From Histomonas meleagridis 2922-C6/04-290x (taxonomy: Eukaryota; Protista; Parabasalia): DNA of 64,000 nucleotides. A program made the translations under genes and the position numbers. Positions 24,567 through 36,787 of the stretch are shown piece after piece. The notes below the pieces were generated by a model. The model ran no database searches. It was not told the origin of the DNA and worked only from the letters and a program-made list of their open reading frames with translations. The stretch spans positions 124,001 through 188,000 of the forward strand of contig JAANOX010000256.1 in assembly GCA_020184695.1 (NCBI GenBank), read 5' to 3'. Each line of letters opens with the position of its first letter. Within the stretch, counting starts at the first letter, position 1.

Positions 24567-26375
24567 TCAATCCCAATTAATTTGTATTACATCAGACTGA
24601 ATGATTCTCTCATTACAAACCAAACATTTCTTCAAATTTAACACTTTCTCAATGCAATGATCACAAAACAAATGTCCGCATTTAGTCACACAATATGAAA
24701 CATCATTGTCACAGTTATAACATGAAACAGCAGATTTCAAAAATTCATAAGCTTCATCATTATTAGGAACATCAATTTTTGAATTTTTTAATTCAAAATC
24801 TTGATTTTTCATGTTTTTTTCTTTTGTTAATTGAATTTCTTTCTTTATCTCTAATAATTTTTTCATTTCTTTTTTTTCTAATTCCTTTAATTCGTTAAAA
24901 ATTTCTTTCTTCCATAAATTCAATGATATTTGATCGTTATCATTCAAAAAGTTAATTAACGGATTCCTTGGTTCTATGTTAATTAAAGTTGAAATACAAA
25001 ATTCGATAGAATTCGACATCTTTTCGAAATATTTATATTGTTTTGATAAACTTGTTGTGTATTGTTTTGTAGCGTTTTGTAAATCGATTCTTTTTTTCTT
25101 TAAATTTTCCATTTTTTCATTGTTTATTGGAATTTGATGTTGTTGAAACATTTTGTTATATCTCACTTCGAGTCCATTATATGCATTTGTTGCTCGTACA
25201 ATTAATTGATCAAGACGTGAACAACCAACTGCTAGATCTTGAGAGATAACTTTTAACTTTGTTTTGATGGCATTTGATGATTGATTTTCATCAAATGTTC
25301 GTATCATTTTGCGATATTTCCCTTCAGATGCTAACCAATCACTTAGACTATTAGTTAATTCTCGAGTAGATGTTAAATTTTGATTCGAGTATATTTGCTT
25401 TAAATAATTATAAATCCTTAATTTTAAGACAAGAGAATTATATTTGGCGGTTGCCGTTAAGTAAACTTCTGAATTTTCATGGATAACCGTTTGATATTTT
25501 TGGAAATGATCTAAAAAATCTGCTAAACTCGAACGTATTGACTCACAGATAGTCTTAATGCTGGGGCTAGACATGTCATATTGATTAATTTGTGATTTCT
25601 GTTGATTCAAATATTGAAGAAAATTTTTATATTGATCAAAGTCTTGAATTACAGAGAATTCTGGATTTCGCATAATGACTTGTTGAATGTGGTAATCATT
25701 AAGAACATCATTTCTAATTTGAAGAAGTTGTGGAATCATATCATTAAATTGATTTAATTTTTCATTGATTATAAAAAAATTATATGAAATATCATGACCG
25801 TGTATAAGTGAAAAAAACTTTGACAAGTACAAAGAATCTATTGAGGGATGTTCTGGTGGAAAATATTGTGGATTAAAATGATGTTGAAATATTGTATAAC
25901 ATGGAGAAATATTTTTGCCATTTATGTCAACATAACCTTGAAGTGGTAAAACTTTTATTTCTTGGATTTTTTTATTGACTTTATTTTTTAAATGATTAAA
26001 ACTTATATTAAAACGTTCTATATTTGATTTTTTGAGTTCTTCAAGAAGATTTTTATTTCGTTCCATTTGATATTCTTTAATCCTTGATTTGACTGAAACG
26101 ACATTTTTTATATTTGCAGTGATTAGATTAATATTTTTTTCACTTTGCATTTTGCTTAAATAACTCTTTATAAAAACAGATGGATTAAATTTTGGTAGAA
26201 TTTTTTTTGTTATATTTTCTTGATATTCATTGATGATACAATGAAGGATTTTTGATATTTCATCATTTTCGCCATCGGTAATATCAAGAAAGTCTTTAAC
26301 ATGATTGGATTCCTGTAAAATTTTTTCGAAAATAATAGTTCGAGATTCTTGGAAAAAATGTGAAGATTGATCCAT
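24567..26375 (-). CDS. Coiled-coil protein with C-terminal RING finger (BRE1-like architecture)
   Basis: C-terminal CYNC...KCGHLFCDHC...CLVC RING motif after a long coiled-coil region. Confidence 0.75.
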   Translation of the reverse strand: MDQSSHFFQESRTIIFEKILQESNHVKDFLDITDGENDEISKILHCIINEYQENITKKILPKFNPSVFIKSYLSKMQSEKNINLITANIKNVVSVKSRIKEYQMERNKNLLEELKKSNIERFNISFNHLKNKVNKKIQEIKVLPLQGYVDINGKNISPCYTIFQHHFNPQYFPPEHPSIDSLYLSKFFSLIHGHDISYNFFIINEKLNQFNDMIPQLLQIRNDVLNDYHIQQVIMRNPEFSVIQDFDQYKNFLQYLNQQKSQINQYDMSSPSIKTICESIRSSLADFLDHFQKYQTVIHENSEVYLTATAKYNSLVLKLRIYNYLKQIYSNQNLTSTRELTNSLSDWLASEGKYRKMIRTFDENQSSNAIKTKLKVISQDLAVGCSRLDQLIVRATNAYNGLEVRYNKMFQQHQIPINNEKMENLKKKRIDLQNATKQYTTSLSKQYKYFEKMSNSIEFCISTLINIEPRNPLINFLNDNDQISLNLWKKEIFNELKELEKKEMKKLLEIKKEIQLTKEKNMKNQDFELKNSKIDVPNNDEAYEFLKSAVSCYNCDNDVSYCVTKCGHLFCDHCIEKVLNLKKCLVCNERIIQSDVIQINWD

Positions 26376-26502
26376 ATTAAACTCGAACGTACTTTATCAA
26401 TTTAAATAGCAACGATAGCAAAAGTGACTTATCCAAACATTTTTAATCTTCATCATTTATAAATAATCAAAATTTATAATTTAATGTTATTACTTTTTTA
26501 CT

Positions 26503-27366
26503 TTATCCATTTTTTTCATTTATTTTGTTGATCAAATCAGGTATCAATGCAACTGATTCAATCACATAATCTGGAGTATAACATGAATCAGTGACTTTGA
26601 GTAAATCATCCTTTGATGTTACTCCTGTCATAACAAGAACACTTCTTGCTCCAATGTTTTTGGCGAATTTTATATCAGTAAATAAATTATCACCAACCAT
26701 TACCATTTCGCTTCTTTCCATTTTTGTTGATTTTTCCAATGGGAAGATCATTTGTTCTGATGGTTTCCCTAGTATCACAGCCTTCTTTCCTGATGATGTT
26801 TCTAAAGCCATAATGATTGGAAGAGCATCTGGAACAAACATTCCATTTCCTATTGGTTGAAGTTTATCACAATTTGTTCCAATTAAAATAGCATCATTTT
26901 CTACAATAATACGATTCCCGATTCCAAGTTTTCTATATGTAAGTGTTGAATCAAATCCTACAACAACAGCACTAATTTCTTTATCAATATTAATGTTACT
27001 TAAAGATTTATCAGGAAAATCTTCTTCACCAAGAGCGTTAATTCCATTCTGAAGGAGCTCTTTTTTTAAACCTGATTCACCAACTACAAATACTTTTTTG
27101 TTATTACTTAAAAATCCTTTTGAAATAAGATAATGAGCTGTGATATATCCCGATGAAACTATTGTATCTTGTGTTATAGAATGAAAACCAATTTGGTAAA
27201 GCTTTTTAGAAATTTGTTCTCTTGTATCAGAGGAGTTATTAGTAATTACAAAAGTTTTAAATCCTGCTTTTTGTAAATTTTCTATTGCAGCAACAGCACC
27301 AGGAATTTGTTCTTCATTAGTCCATAGAACTCCATCCATATCAAATAATATATATTTGATACTCAT
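26503..27366 (-). CDS. HAD-superfamily IIA hydrolase (4-nitrophenylphosphatase/phosphoglycolate phosphatase-like)
   Basis: FDMDGVLW, ITNNS, LGKPS and MVGDNLFTDI motifs. Start MSIKY at 27366. Confidence 0.92.
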   Translation of the reverse strand: MSIKYILFDMDGVLWTNEEQIPGAVAAIENLQKAGFKTFVITNNSSDTREQISKKLYQIGFHSITQDTIVSSGYITAHYLISKGFLSNNKKVFVVGESGLKKELLQNGINALGEEDFPDKSLSNINIDKEISAVVVGFDSTLTYRKLGIGNRIIVENDAILIGTNCDKLQPIGNGMFVPDALPIIMALETSSGKKAVILGKPSEQMIFPLEKSTKMERSEMVMVGDNLFTDIKFAKNIGARSVLVMTGVTSKDDLLKVTDSCYTPDYVIESVALIPDLINKINEKNG

Positions 27367-28032
27367 AACTTTTAAATAAATAAACAAAAATTACTTTGCT
27401 ATCATTTGGAAGATTAACACAAATATTCTCATGAGAAAATCAAAAGTTTTCATAAAATAATGGTTGGTTATTTGAATGCATTCAATGGATGTGAAAAATA
27501 AGATTGAGCTTTTACACAAAAAATCAATTGTTCATTTGATTTCGATTCTAAAAGCTTTTATTTGAATTCAAAGTAATATTTTAATTTAAATTCATTTTAA
27601 ACATTTGATATGGGTTTTCCATTTGAATATTCCAAAAACTTCATTTTGTATTTTTGTTTGAATTTTGTAAATTGTGATTCATTTTTAAGACGAATTAATA
27701 AAATGTAAAATTTAAATAAGGATAAATTATTAACAACCGAAGTTAGTAATACTCATTCTATAAAAATTTCACAGTTACTGTTAAAAAAATATATTTGAAG
27801 GAATTCATTATTTTATCATTTTATGATACAGGGTTTTCTTTTTATTGAAAAGTGGATTTTATCAAATTTGGTAATGTTTTGAAAATTGTAAAATAAGATT
27901 AATAAACCACAGAAAGAAACACAAGCGCGCCAAAATAAACGTTTTTTTTAACCAATTGGGCTTTAACGGTTTTGTTTTCTTTTCTGAGAATACGTTAACA
28001 CTTTTGCAAATCAATTTTCTTACCCAATTGAC

Positions 28033-30678
28033 ATGACAGAACTTAAACAAATCCCAGATGATTATTTCGAAAAAACTAGGCTTACATCTTTTGAATTCAT
28101 GAATTTTCAAATTGATAAAATTCCAGTGAAAGAAGATTTAATTTCTCAAATTTCCAAAGCTAAGTTCAGTCAATGCCAATTGAAATCAATCCCACCAGGA
28201 TTATCATCATACCATAATATTCGTTCATTAGATTTATCAGAGAATATTTTTGAAAATATAGATAACGAAGACATTTCAAATTTTTCCAATCTTCAATCAT
28301 TAGACCTTAGTTTTAATAAGATTCTACATATTGATTGTCAGTTGCCTGATTCATTAACTATCTTAGATTTATCCTATAATTATGGAATTGATATAGAGTC
28401 AATATGGAATTTAAAATGTTCAAAATTAGAAAACATCAATCTATCTAACTGTGGGATTCAAGCCATCCCAGAGACTGAACCATTTTGGAAAGATACAATA
28501 CGAATTATTTCATTAGAAGGAAATTTTATTAAAACCATTCCTAAGTCATTTTCATGTTTCCAGAAGCTTGAAGATATCTCTCTTTTTGGGAACGAGCTCA
28601 CAGAAATTGACTTTCCACAACTTCCATATCCAATACGTTCATTAAACTTAGGGATGAACAATTCCAAATCTATAATTAACTTAACTCCAGCACAAACTCT
28701 TACTCTAAATTCTTGCTCATTTCAAGATTTTCCGCATAACTGTATCCAATACGATAATCTGAAATTTATATCTTTAATTGACAACGGAATCACAGAAATT
28801 GATTTCGAAATTCCACCCAACATCTCCATAATAGATTTTTCCAAGAATCAAATCTCCAAAGTCTCATCAAGGTTTATATCCTCATGTCAAAAATTATCAA
28901 TAATTAATCTTTCTCATAATAACATCCAAACACTTGATGACTGTTTTCCTGATAAGCAGAACTTATCACAAATCATTTTATCGCACAATAAACTTGAATC
29001 TTTACCTTTAACAATGTTATCAAAAGCCAAAACTCTTCAAAAACTTATACTCAACAATAACAAACTGAAATCAATACCCGGAATAAATTCACCTCTGTTA
29101 CGTGAAATTAACTTATCATTTAATGAAATCGAAGAATTGCCAGATTGTTTTTTATCATGTTCGTTTTTAGTGACCGTTAATTTATCGTTCAACAATTTGA
29201 AAGATTTACCACATTCTCTATCGTCCTCGCGACGGTTACAAGATTTATATTTAAACAACAACAAATTTGAAAAATTACCCAAAGTAATAATGTCATTTCC
29301 ATCATTACAAACTTTATATTTATCTGGTAATAAACTTACATCATTACCAGCATGTTTATCATCTTTTTTCTTTTTAAAAAGCATTGATGTATCTAATAAT
29401 CATTTAATAAATATTCCAACAGCAATTCAAGAAATCGAATCATTAAAATATTTAAACTTATCACATAATTTAATATCTGAAATTCCCTCCACGTATAAAT
29501 TTCCTAAAACGATTAGTTTATTAGATTTATCATATAACTTAATCACCAAGTTCGAAAACATTGAACTTCCAAATATTTCCACTTTAATCTTAGACAATAA
29601 TTACATTGAAACGTTCTCATTAATAAATTCTAATTCAACGTTACATTATTTATCATTATCAACTAATAAATTATCATGTACATTAGAATCGATTTTGACG
29701 CAATTCGAAAGCATGAAAAACTTCGAATTTTTAGAAATATTTAATAACCAATTAACTGATTATAATACAAACAACACAAAAATACATATAATGTCGAATG
29801 AAAACACAATGTCGAAAGGTAATTATGGAATCGGTCATTCATCGACTGTCGGATTACGGCAAACAATGGAAGACAACTTTTCCATTGCAACGAATTCCGA
29901 TTTCTCGCTTTTCGCGATATTCGATGGTCATGCTGGATCAAACTCATCGCGTTTAGCAAGCGAAATGATAACAAAAGAGATAACAAAAGTCATATCAAAT
30001 GACGTGACACAATTTCCGAAATGTTTCGAAAACATTCAAATGGAAGTTAAGTCACGTAAGTTATTTGATGGTTGCACCGCAGCAGTAACATTGATATATA
30101 ATAACATATGTTACATAGGTTCAATCGGTGATTCACGAATTTTACGAATTAAAAAAAATGGTTTCCAACAAATGACAAATGATCAAAAGGCTTCGTTTAA
30201 AAAAGAGTATAAACGATTAAAGAGTTTAAACTTGGGTGTAACTGATGGTCGTGTTAAGGGTAAACTTGCCGTCTCTAGAGCTATTGGTGATTTGTGGTGT
30301 GGAGAAGAATTGTTTTCGATGCCGAAAATTAAAAGTTATGAAATTAATGCTGACGAAATAGGTTTAATCGTGGCTTGCGATGGGGTTTGGGACGTTCTGA
30401 CAAATGAAGACGCTTATAATATTTTCATGAATGCGAAAAGCCCTCAAGACGCAGCAACTTCTTTGAAAAATGCCGCGCTAGCAAACGGAAGTACAGATAA
30501 CATCAGCGTGATTGCAGTCAAGTTCGACGTGGAAGAAAAGTATAAAGGATTCGGTTATTGTAACGAAATTGAACGGTTGCAAATTGTCCCGGAAATTGAA
30601 TCAAACGAGGATATGCCATTCCAGAAGAAAAATATAAAATTGGGTGCCCCGGCCGTGGTGAGAAGAAAGAGAAGATAG
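28033..30678 (+). CDS. LRR + PP2C phosphatase protein (PHLPP-like architecture)
   Basis: About 20 typical LRRs (LxxLDLSxNxI), then PP2C motifs RQTMED, FDGHAG, DG, GD, LAVSRAIGD, ACDGVWD and STDNIS. Confidence 0.9.
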   Translation: MTELKQIPDDYFEKTRLTSFEFMNFQIDKIPVKEDLISQISKAKFSQCQLKSIPPGLSSYHNIRSLDLSENIFENIDNEDISNFSNLQSLDLSFNKILHIDCQLPDSLTILDLSYNYGIDIESIWNLKCSKLENINLSNCGIQAIPETEPFWKDTIRIISLEGNFIKTIPKSFSCFQKLEDISLFGNELTEIDFPQLPYPIRSLNLGMNNSKSIINLTPAQTLTLNSCSFQDFPHNCIQYDNLKFISLIDNGITEIDFEIPPNISIIDFSKNQISKVSSRFISSCQKLSIINLSHNNIQTLDDCFPDKQNLSQIILSHNKLESLPLTMLSKAKTLQKLILNNNKLKSIPGINSPLLREINLSFNEIEELPDCFLSCSFLVTVNLSFNNLKDLPHSLSSSRRLQDLYLNNNKFEKLPKVIMSFPSLQTLYLSGNKLTSLPACLSSFFFLKSIDVSNNHLINIPTAIQEIESLKYLNLSHNLISEIPSTYKFPKTISLLDLSYNLITKFENIELPNISTLILDNNYIETFSLINSNSTLHYLSLSTNKLSCTLESILTQFESMKNFEFLEIFNNQLTDYNTNNTKIHIMSNENTMSKGNYGIGHSSTVGLRQTMEDNFSIATNSDFSLFAIFDGHAGSNSSRLASEMITKEITKVISNDVTQFPKCFENIQMEVKSRKLFDGCTAAVTLIYNNICYIGSIGDSRILRIKKNGFQQMTNDQKASFKKEYKRLKSLNLGVTDGRVKGKLAVSRAIGDLWCGEELFSMPKIKSYEINADEIGLIVACDGVWDVLTNEDAYNIFMNAKSPQDAATSLKNAALANGSTDNISVIAVKFDVEEKYKGFGYCNEIERLQIVPEIESNEDMPFQKKNIKLGAPAVVRRKRR

Positions 30679-30885
30679 TTTTTAGCAGGAATTTATATTG
30701 GTTTTGTTTGTGTGTATAAAGTAAATTTTTCTTTATGTTTTCATATTTTTTTTTTTTTGATGTTAAAAACTCGAATAGTTTAATTCATAATGTATTATAT
30801 GAAACGCATCGACTTAACTTACATGTAAAAATTATAAGAAAGAATTAGTTACATCAAGCCTATTCCTGTTGTTTATTAAATATAT

Positions 30886-32328
30886 TTAATTCCTCCGTTC
30901 ACGTCTATTTCTTCTATAACTTCTAAACTTATCAGTCCTTCTTCTGTTATTGTTATATCGCCTCCTTCCATACCTTTCTCGCGTTTTACTGAACTTTCTT
31001 GCATGCTTCTTGGCCCATGATGGAGTTATCTTTAATCTTGATGTTAATGGATTTTTTCTAAGTAACTTGCGACAAATCCTATGAACATTTGAACCAACTC
31101 TATGAGCACGAATGCTTTCCTTTAATTGTTTCTTTGATTCTTCATCGATTGTTGCCTTATATTTTTTGATCAACTTATACTTAGTATCATGAAGATCACC
31201 GAATGATTCAGCAAGCTTGATGAAGCTTTCAAGACGTTCTTGATATTCGCTTTGTTTATCAGGATCTTCAATTCCATCGGCTTCGTCGGGCTGCCCCGTT
31301 TGCACCAAAACGGTTCCTATCAATTTTGATGCAGAGTTTGTGAACCTTTGAGCAAGACGATAGAAGGCAAAAAGAGTTGCTTCAATGATGGTGAAATTCA
31401 CTTCTTCATCAGTTCCTTTTGGAAACTTTAGAAAAACTTTGTTGTAAATTTGATTGAGAAGCTCTTCGTTTTCAGCGTCACGTGCGACGTCTGCAATCTT
31501 CTGTAAAACAACAATTTTAACAGAGGTTGGAAGAGAGTCATAACAGGGCATAACACGAGTAGTAATAATGTTTAGTAACTTTGTTATTGATGAACTACCA
31601 ATAATTCGTGTGAATTTAAGAATTTGAACGAGAAGATTGTTAACTGTTTCATCAAAGTTAGATTCAAGTGAATTATCAAGGAGCTCGAGAAGGCTACCGA
31701 TTAAAGGTTGAGCTTGATCTTCTGGAATAAGCTTCCTATTCCTGGCATATAACTTAAGGCCTTCAACTACACACGATTTGAAAGCAACCTGTATTGTTTC
31801 TATTAGTTTTGGAAGAATTCCTGTTGTGAATTTGACCGTTTCCTTAATATATCTAACCATTATACATTGTGTCTCTGGTTTTTGTTTCGGAAGTAATTTG
31901 AAAAAACTGGATTTAAAATCGTCATCTGATTCTAATTTGCTCATGACAAATGGTTCAATAAATCCAACAACTTTTTCATCAGAATCGCCAAGAGCATTTA
32001 CTAAAATTGGTATTATGAAATCTTCGTCATATTTATATAATTTAAGGAATCCTTTAATAGTCATTAAACGTACATTTGGATCATCATTTTTTGAAAGATC
32101 TTCCATTGCTGAAAGTGTTGTTTTCATTTGCTCAGGAAATTTTTCTGCATATCTTGGAATAAGTTGTGCTGAAAGAAGTTTAACTTGTGGATCAGATTTT
32201 GATGAAGCACCTTCAATTAAAATATTGAAATCTTTTTCTGCAGGTGCATCTGCTTTTTCCATTCTCTCATAACAATCAACGAGTGCTTCTCGTGTTAATT
32301 TGGTCTGTGCTTTCGCTTTTGGCGGCAT
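30886..32328 (-). CDS. API5 (apoptosis inhibitor 5)-like ARM/HEAT protein
   Basis: KLLSAQLIPRYAEKFP ... D DPNVRLMTIKG N-terminus and LKITPSW near the C-terminus, followed by a basic tail. Confidence 0.72.
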   Translation of the reverse strand: MPPKAKAQTKLTREALVDCYERMEKADAPAEKDFNILIEGASSKSDPQVKLLSAQLIPRYAEKFPEQMKTTLSAMEDLSKNDDPNVRLMTIKGFLKLYKYDEDFIIPILVNALGDSDEKVVGFIEPFVMSKLESDDDFKSSFFKLLPKQKPETQCIMVRYIKETVKFTTGILPKLIETIQVAFKSCVVEGLKLYARNRKLIPEDQAQPLIGSLLELLDNSLESNFDETVNNLLVQILKFTRIIGSSSITKLLNIITTRVMPCYDSLPTSVKIVVLQKIADVARDAENEELLNQIYNKVFLKFPKGTDEEVNFTIIEATLFAFYRLAQRFTNSASKLIGTVLVQTGQPDEADGIEDPDKQSEYQERLESFIKLAESFGDLHDTKYKLIKKYKATIDEESKKQLKESIRAHRVGSNVHRICRKLLRKNPLTSRLKITPSWAKKHARKFSKTRERYGRRRYNNNRRRTDKFRSYRRNRRERRN

Positions 32329-33012
32329 TGTGTTGGCTAATTTGGTATTGACGGTTATTCATTGAATTTATTTCTGAGTTTTTTTCGGTTTATAACGTTT
32401 ATATATCTTTTTTATCCTGAAATCAGATAATAAAGAATTGCTTCCAAGGAAGGCTTTTTTAAAGTAATCAATATCATGTCTATATGACATTTCTGATATT
32501 TTCGTTATTAAATCACTTTTTACATCACTTTTATACATATTACACCATCGAACTTCATTTCAATTAATCAAATAGAAATTTACTAAAGTTACATGTTTAA
32601 AAATTGGAAAGAAGCAATGATAAAAACATCAATTGATGTAATTGAGATTTTTTTTTTTTTTTTTCAGTATGTGTAATATCTATAATCTTTGATTTTTCAT
32701 TATATATATTTTAAGAATAATATTTAGGATATATCTGAAGGATATTTGGGAAAATATTGTTCACAAATTACTGTTTTACCTACGTATCTTCATGCTAACA
32801 TAAAACAAATCCAATCTTCCGATTTGCACTTTTTTAGGATATAAAGATATTATTGTAACAAATCATAACAAAATAAACTCAGAGTAGGATTTAAAATATA
32901 TATTCATGCTCATTTTTTTTCCTTTCGCATATAAATTTTTACATAAAATTTCATTTATTTATCAAAATTTGACTATTAAATTTAATAAAAATGATTTTTT
33001 TTTTTATGTTTA

Positions 33013-34350
33013 TTATGCATTATTACTTGAAGTTTCCATAGGATAATCTTTCTCAAACAATTTTATTGGCGCACAATTTCCAAATGTTTCTTTGAACACT
33101 CTCATTCCGCCGAATGTACTTCCATTATAATACTTTGGAGTGATTACAGTCAAAATGTTACATCCTGAAAATGCATCATCATTTATTATTTTTGGTTCTT
33201 CATCACCGAAGAAATAAATACACCTAAGTGATGTACATTGTGAGAATGCATGTGATTTAATTACTTCTACCTCTTTACCTATAAATATCATTTCTAGCGA
33301 TGTGCATCTGAAGAAAGAATATGTTTCAATGTGTTTTAATGTGTTTGGAAACATTACTTCAGTTAATCCATTACATTCTTGAAATGAAGATGATGAAATA
33401 AAGATCACATTTCCCATTTGAATATTTTTGATTTTGCTACATCCATAAAATGCATATGCTTCCACAGACTCCACTGTTTTTGGAAATATGTATTGTTCAA
33501 TATTTTTTCCTTCTGGAAAACGAATAATTTTTGATATGACTCGATTATAAATAATTCCATCATCATGTAAATTAGAATAAAATAAATTGTACTCACTTAT
33601 ATTAATATTTTCTAAAGAAACACAATTTTCAAATGCACTTGGATTAATCACTGATGTAATTTCTCCGATTTGTACACTTTTTAAATTTAAACATCTTGCA
33701 AAAGATAAACCAGAGATTTTTTCAATATAGTATAGCTCTATTTCTTTTAAACTATTACATTCATAAAATGTTTGAACTTCAATATATCGAAGATTATATC
33801 CAATTACTATTGATTCTAAACTTGTACATCCCATAAAAGCCATAAATCCAATATAATTTACGGTGTTTGGTATAATAATTGTTTTAACTAATTCACAACA
33901 TGAAAATCCTAACGAAACAATTATTTCTAAGCTTTCGCTTAATATTATATTTTCGACTTTTCTACAATTTTGAAATCCATTTGATTTAATTTCTATTAAT
34001 GAATTCGGAAGAATAATATTTTTAAGTGCAATACAATATGAAAAGGCTCCAGTACCTATACTGATAATATTATTTCCAAAAATAACTTCTTTAAGGCTTA
34101 AACAACATTTAAAAGCACTATCTCCAATTATAGTCGTTGTGTTAGAAATCACTACTTTTTTCAATTGAGTCCATAAACGAAATGCAGCATTACCTATTGT
34201 ATAAACGCCCTCTCCAATAATTAGGGTATCAAATGATTCATCAGGTTGAGTTTGGTGTATTATTGAAATTCCAGAAAAATGTAAAGTCAATAAACTCACT
34301 TTCTTTACATAAATAATTAGAATACCAAACCAAAGATACATTATATGCAT
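33013..34350 (-). CDS. BspA-like LRR_5 protein (no TM anchor)
   Basis: Many TpLRR units (IGxxAFxxCxSLxxIxI) and an N-terminal hydrophobic segment. Confidence 0.88.
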   Translation of the reverse strand: MHIMYLWFGILIIYVKKVSLLTLHFSGISIIHQTQPDESFDTLIIGEGVYTIGNAAFRLWTQLKKVVISNTTTIIGDSAFKCCLSLKEVIFGNNIISIGTGAFSYCIALKNIILPNSLIEIKSNGFQNCRKVENIILSESLEIIVSLGFSCCELVKTIIIPNTVNYIGFMAFMGCTSLESIVIGYNLRYIEVQTFYECNSLKEIELYYIEKISGLSFARCLNLKSVQIGEITSVINPSAFENCVSLENINISEYNLFYSNLHDDGIIYNRVISKIIRFPEGKNIEQYIFPKTVESVEAYAFYGCSKIKNIQMGNVIFISSSSFQECNGLTEVMFPNTLKHIETYSFFRCTSLEMIFIGKEVEVIKSHAFSQCTSLRCIYFFGDEEPKIINDDAFSGCNILTVITPKYYNGSTFGGMRVFKETFGNCAPIKLFEKDYPMETSSNNA

Positions 34351-34561
34351 ATCAAAAATAAAATATCATTATAAACCATTAAATCTTTTATTTTATTTTG
34401 TAATTATTTGATTTCTTTTAATCAGCTCAATCATCCCAAATTAATTTAAATCTCTCAAAATTTGAATAACCAAATCATTACAAAGAAAAAACCTTTTTTT
34501 AATGGATTTTGATAACAAGTTTTATAATCGAATATTTTATTCACATAACATATTCCGATAT

Positions 34562-35680
34562 TTAACGATTTAACTTGAGATATGATGTGTCTAAAGGTTG
34601 TCTTTGTGAAATCTTTGCTTCTAATTCATGTTGCATATTCGTCAAATCGTTAAATCTTGTTTTCAATTCTGTTAACTTGTCTTGCATTAATTCTAACTCA
34701 TTGTTCTTGTTCTCGAAATCATATAATAAGTCCGTCATGCCTATTAAACCACTTGATTTCTTTAAATGTGAATTTTCATCTCGAACTTTATCTCTTCGAA
34801 TTCGCGCTGTGGCAAGTTTTGAGCGAGATTCCGAGTATCTGCCATCCATTTGCGCTTGCTTTTGTTGAAGTTGAGCCTTTTGTTTCATGACAAAATTAAG
34901 TTTTTCTTTGACATGCGTTAGTGTATGTGCATTGATTTCAATCTTTTGTCGGATTTTTTCGAGATCTTGAGTCTTTTCGGCTTTCTTCTCTTTCAGCGAT
35001 TGTTTTTCGATCTTAAGTTGCTCAAAATCGATCAGATGAAGACCTTCGGATAATTGATCTTGTTTGCTTAATTCGGCTTCGGTTTGCTTATATCGATCTT
35101 TGGTACGAACAAATTCAATGCGAGCTTGTTCAAGATCAAATTCTTTGGATGATAATTGATTTTCTTTGGAATTAAGATCGGCTAATTTTATTGGTCGATT
35201 CGTTCGCTGAATTATCGTCTTACGACCTGCATCCTCACGCATTTTACGAAATGCTTCTTCTTTCTGATTTAGATGTTGATCTGATTCTTCCCACTCAGAA
35301 TGAAGTTTTTGAAGTTGTGTTTCATATGATGACTTAATTCGTTCAAGCTCATTACGTCGTGATTCAAGACGGTCTAAAGTTTCTTGATATCTATTTGGAA
35401 AATTTGAAAATCCTGTTGATGTAGAATCATCAAAACCTAAAGCTGGGAATAAATCAATTAACTTACGTTGAATTAAGATGGCCTGATTTCTAGTTTTAAT
35501 AAACTCTGATTTGACTTCATCAAATTTAGCTTTAAATTCTGGGTCAATTGATTCTTCATTAGGAAAATCAACTTCTTGATTATCTGATTCGGAAAATGAA
35601 CTTCTGAAAGAAGAACTAAGTGAAGATTGACTAGCAGATGCAAGACTGCTTGTACCATCATCTTCTTGATCAATATTCAT
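34562..35680 (-). CDS. CCDC96/CFAP184-like flagellar coiled-coil protein (DUF4201)
   Basis: EGLHLIDFEQLKIE...LTHVKEKL...LLYDFE pattern. Confidence 0.8.
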   Translation of the reverse strand: MNIDQEDDGTSSLASASQSSLSSSFRSSFSESDNQEVDFPNEESIDPEFKAKFDEVKSEFIKTRNQAILIQRKLIDLFPALGFDDSTSTGFSNFPNRYQETLDRLESRRNELERIKSSYETQLQKLHSEWEESDQHLNQKEEAFRKMREDAGRKTIIQRTNRPIKLADLNSKENQLSSKEFDLEQARIEFVRTKDRYKQTEAELSKQDQLSEGLHLIDFEQLKIEKQSLKEKKAEKTQDLEKIRQKIEINAHTLTHVKEKLNFVMKQKAQLQQKQAQMDGRYSESRSKLATARIRRDKVRDENSHLKKSSGLIGMTDLLYDFENKNNELELMQDKLTELKTRFNDLTNMQHELEAKISQRQPLDTSYLKLNR

Positions 35681-35989
35681 TTCTAAAAAAAGACGTTAGT
35701 TAATAAAAGTGCTTTATTTTGCAAAATAATGTCTTCCATTTTTAAGTGATTTTTTCTTAATTACTCATACCAAAATTTTAATTTACAAATGATAACATAA
35801 TGAGTGATAAGAGTAATAAAGATTTTTTTATTGATGATATTATTAAATATTATTTTTAATAGAAAATAAATTGTTACATTTGTTAACAACGAACCTTAAA
35901 TTGGCGAGATGTGAAAGAATAAAGAATTAATGAGAAAGATTTTGGTGATTTGCATAAATTTCCTTTTTGGCCCTAAAAAAGTGACAAAA

Positions 35990-36787
35990 ATGCTTCTTGT
36001 TTGTTTTTTCACATATATTCTTTCTAAGCCATACGTCATTGAAGGACTTTCTCTTACTGTCCAACAAGGTTCTACTACAGTAGAAAAGAAAGAACTAGGA
36101 GTTGGCGAAACAACATCGTTCGATCTTACTGAAAATCAAACTCTTTCCCTCAAACTTCAGACACAATTCAAATCTACTCCAAAGAATCAAGTCTGTGTAC
36201 TTGAGCTTGGTGTTCATTCTGTAACATCTGTGTTTAATTTCCGCAATGGATTTTTGACACTTTCTTTCACACCCAAAAAACTTCAGAAACTATACAAACA
36301 TTCTGGTGTGTATGACCTTAAGTTAATGATCAATGACAAAGTTCTTGACTCACCATTTTTCTGGAATATTGCCAAAGTTAATTTCATTGCCAATAATGAA
36401 GTCGTTGACAATTTCACAGATGTTGAATGGGATTTCCAACCACCCAAGCCAACACCTAAACCCATCATAACACAACTTTTTACGATCATGATGATAGGGG
36501 CATTTGTCATTTTAATAATTCTTTTATTTGTCAATGGCATAAACTGCGGCTACTTCCCACATAACTTTGTTGACGCTATTCTATCACTAGCATTTGTTGT
36601 TTCGTTGGGCGCATTCTTTGTTTTCTTTGTTTATTTCTGGAAATACATCACATTCGTGGACATGCTCAAGTATATCCTCTGCGCATTTGTTGTCTTAGGT
36701 ACTTTGCTTCGATTCGCACTCGTTGGTCGTAATAAGATGGTACAGAAAGCAAAAGTACAAAATAATGAAAAAACAAAAACCGAATAA
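35990..36787 (+). CDS. Oligosaccharyltransferase subunit ribophorin II/Swp1-like
   Basis: Signal peptide, SGVYDLKLMIND..FWNIAKV luminal motif, a WDFQPP segment and three C-terminal TM helices. ATG at 35990. Confidence 0.75.
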   Translation: MLLVCFFTYILSKPYVIEGLSLTVQQGSTTVEKKELGVGETTSFDLTENQTLSLKLQTQFKSTPKNQVCVLELGVHSVTSVFNFRNGFLTLSFTPKKLQKLYKHSGVYDLKLMINDKVLDSPFFWNIAKVNFIANNEVVDNFTDVEWDFQPPKPTPKPIITQLFTIMMIGAFVILIILLFVNGINCGYFPHNFVDAILSLAFVVSLGAFFVFFVYFWKYITFVDMLKYILCAFVVLGTLLRFALVGRNKMVQKAKVQNNEKTKTE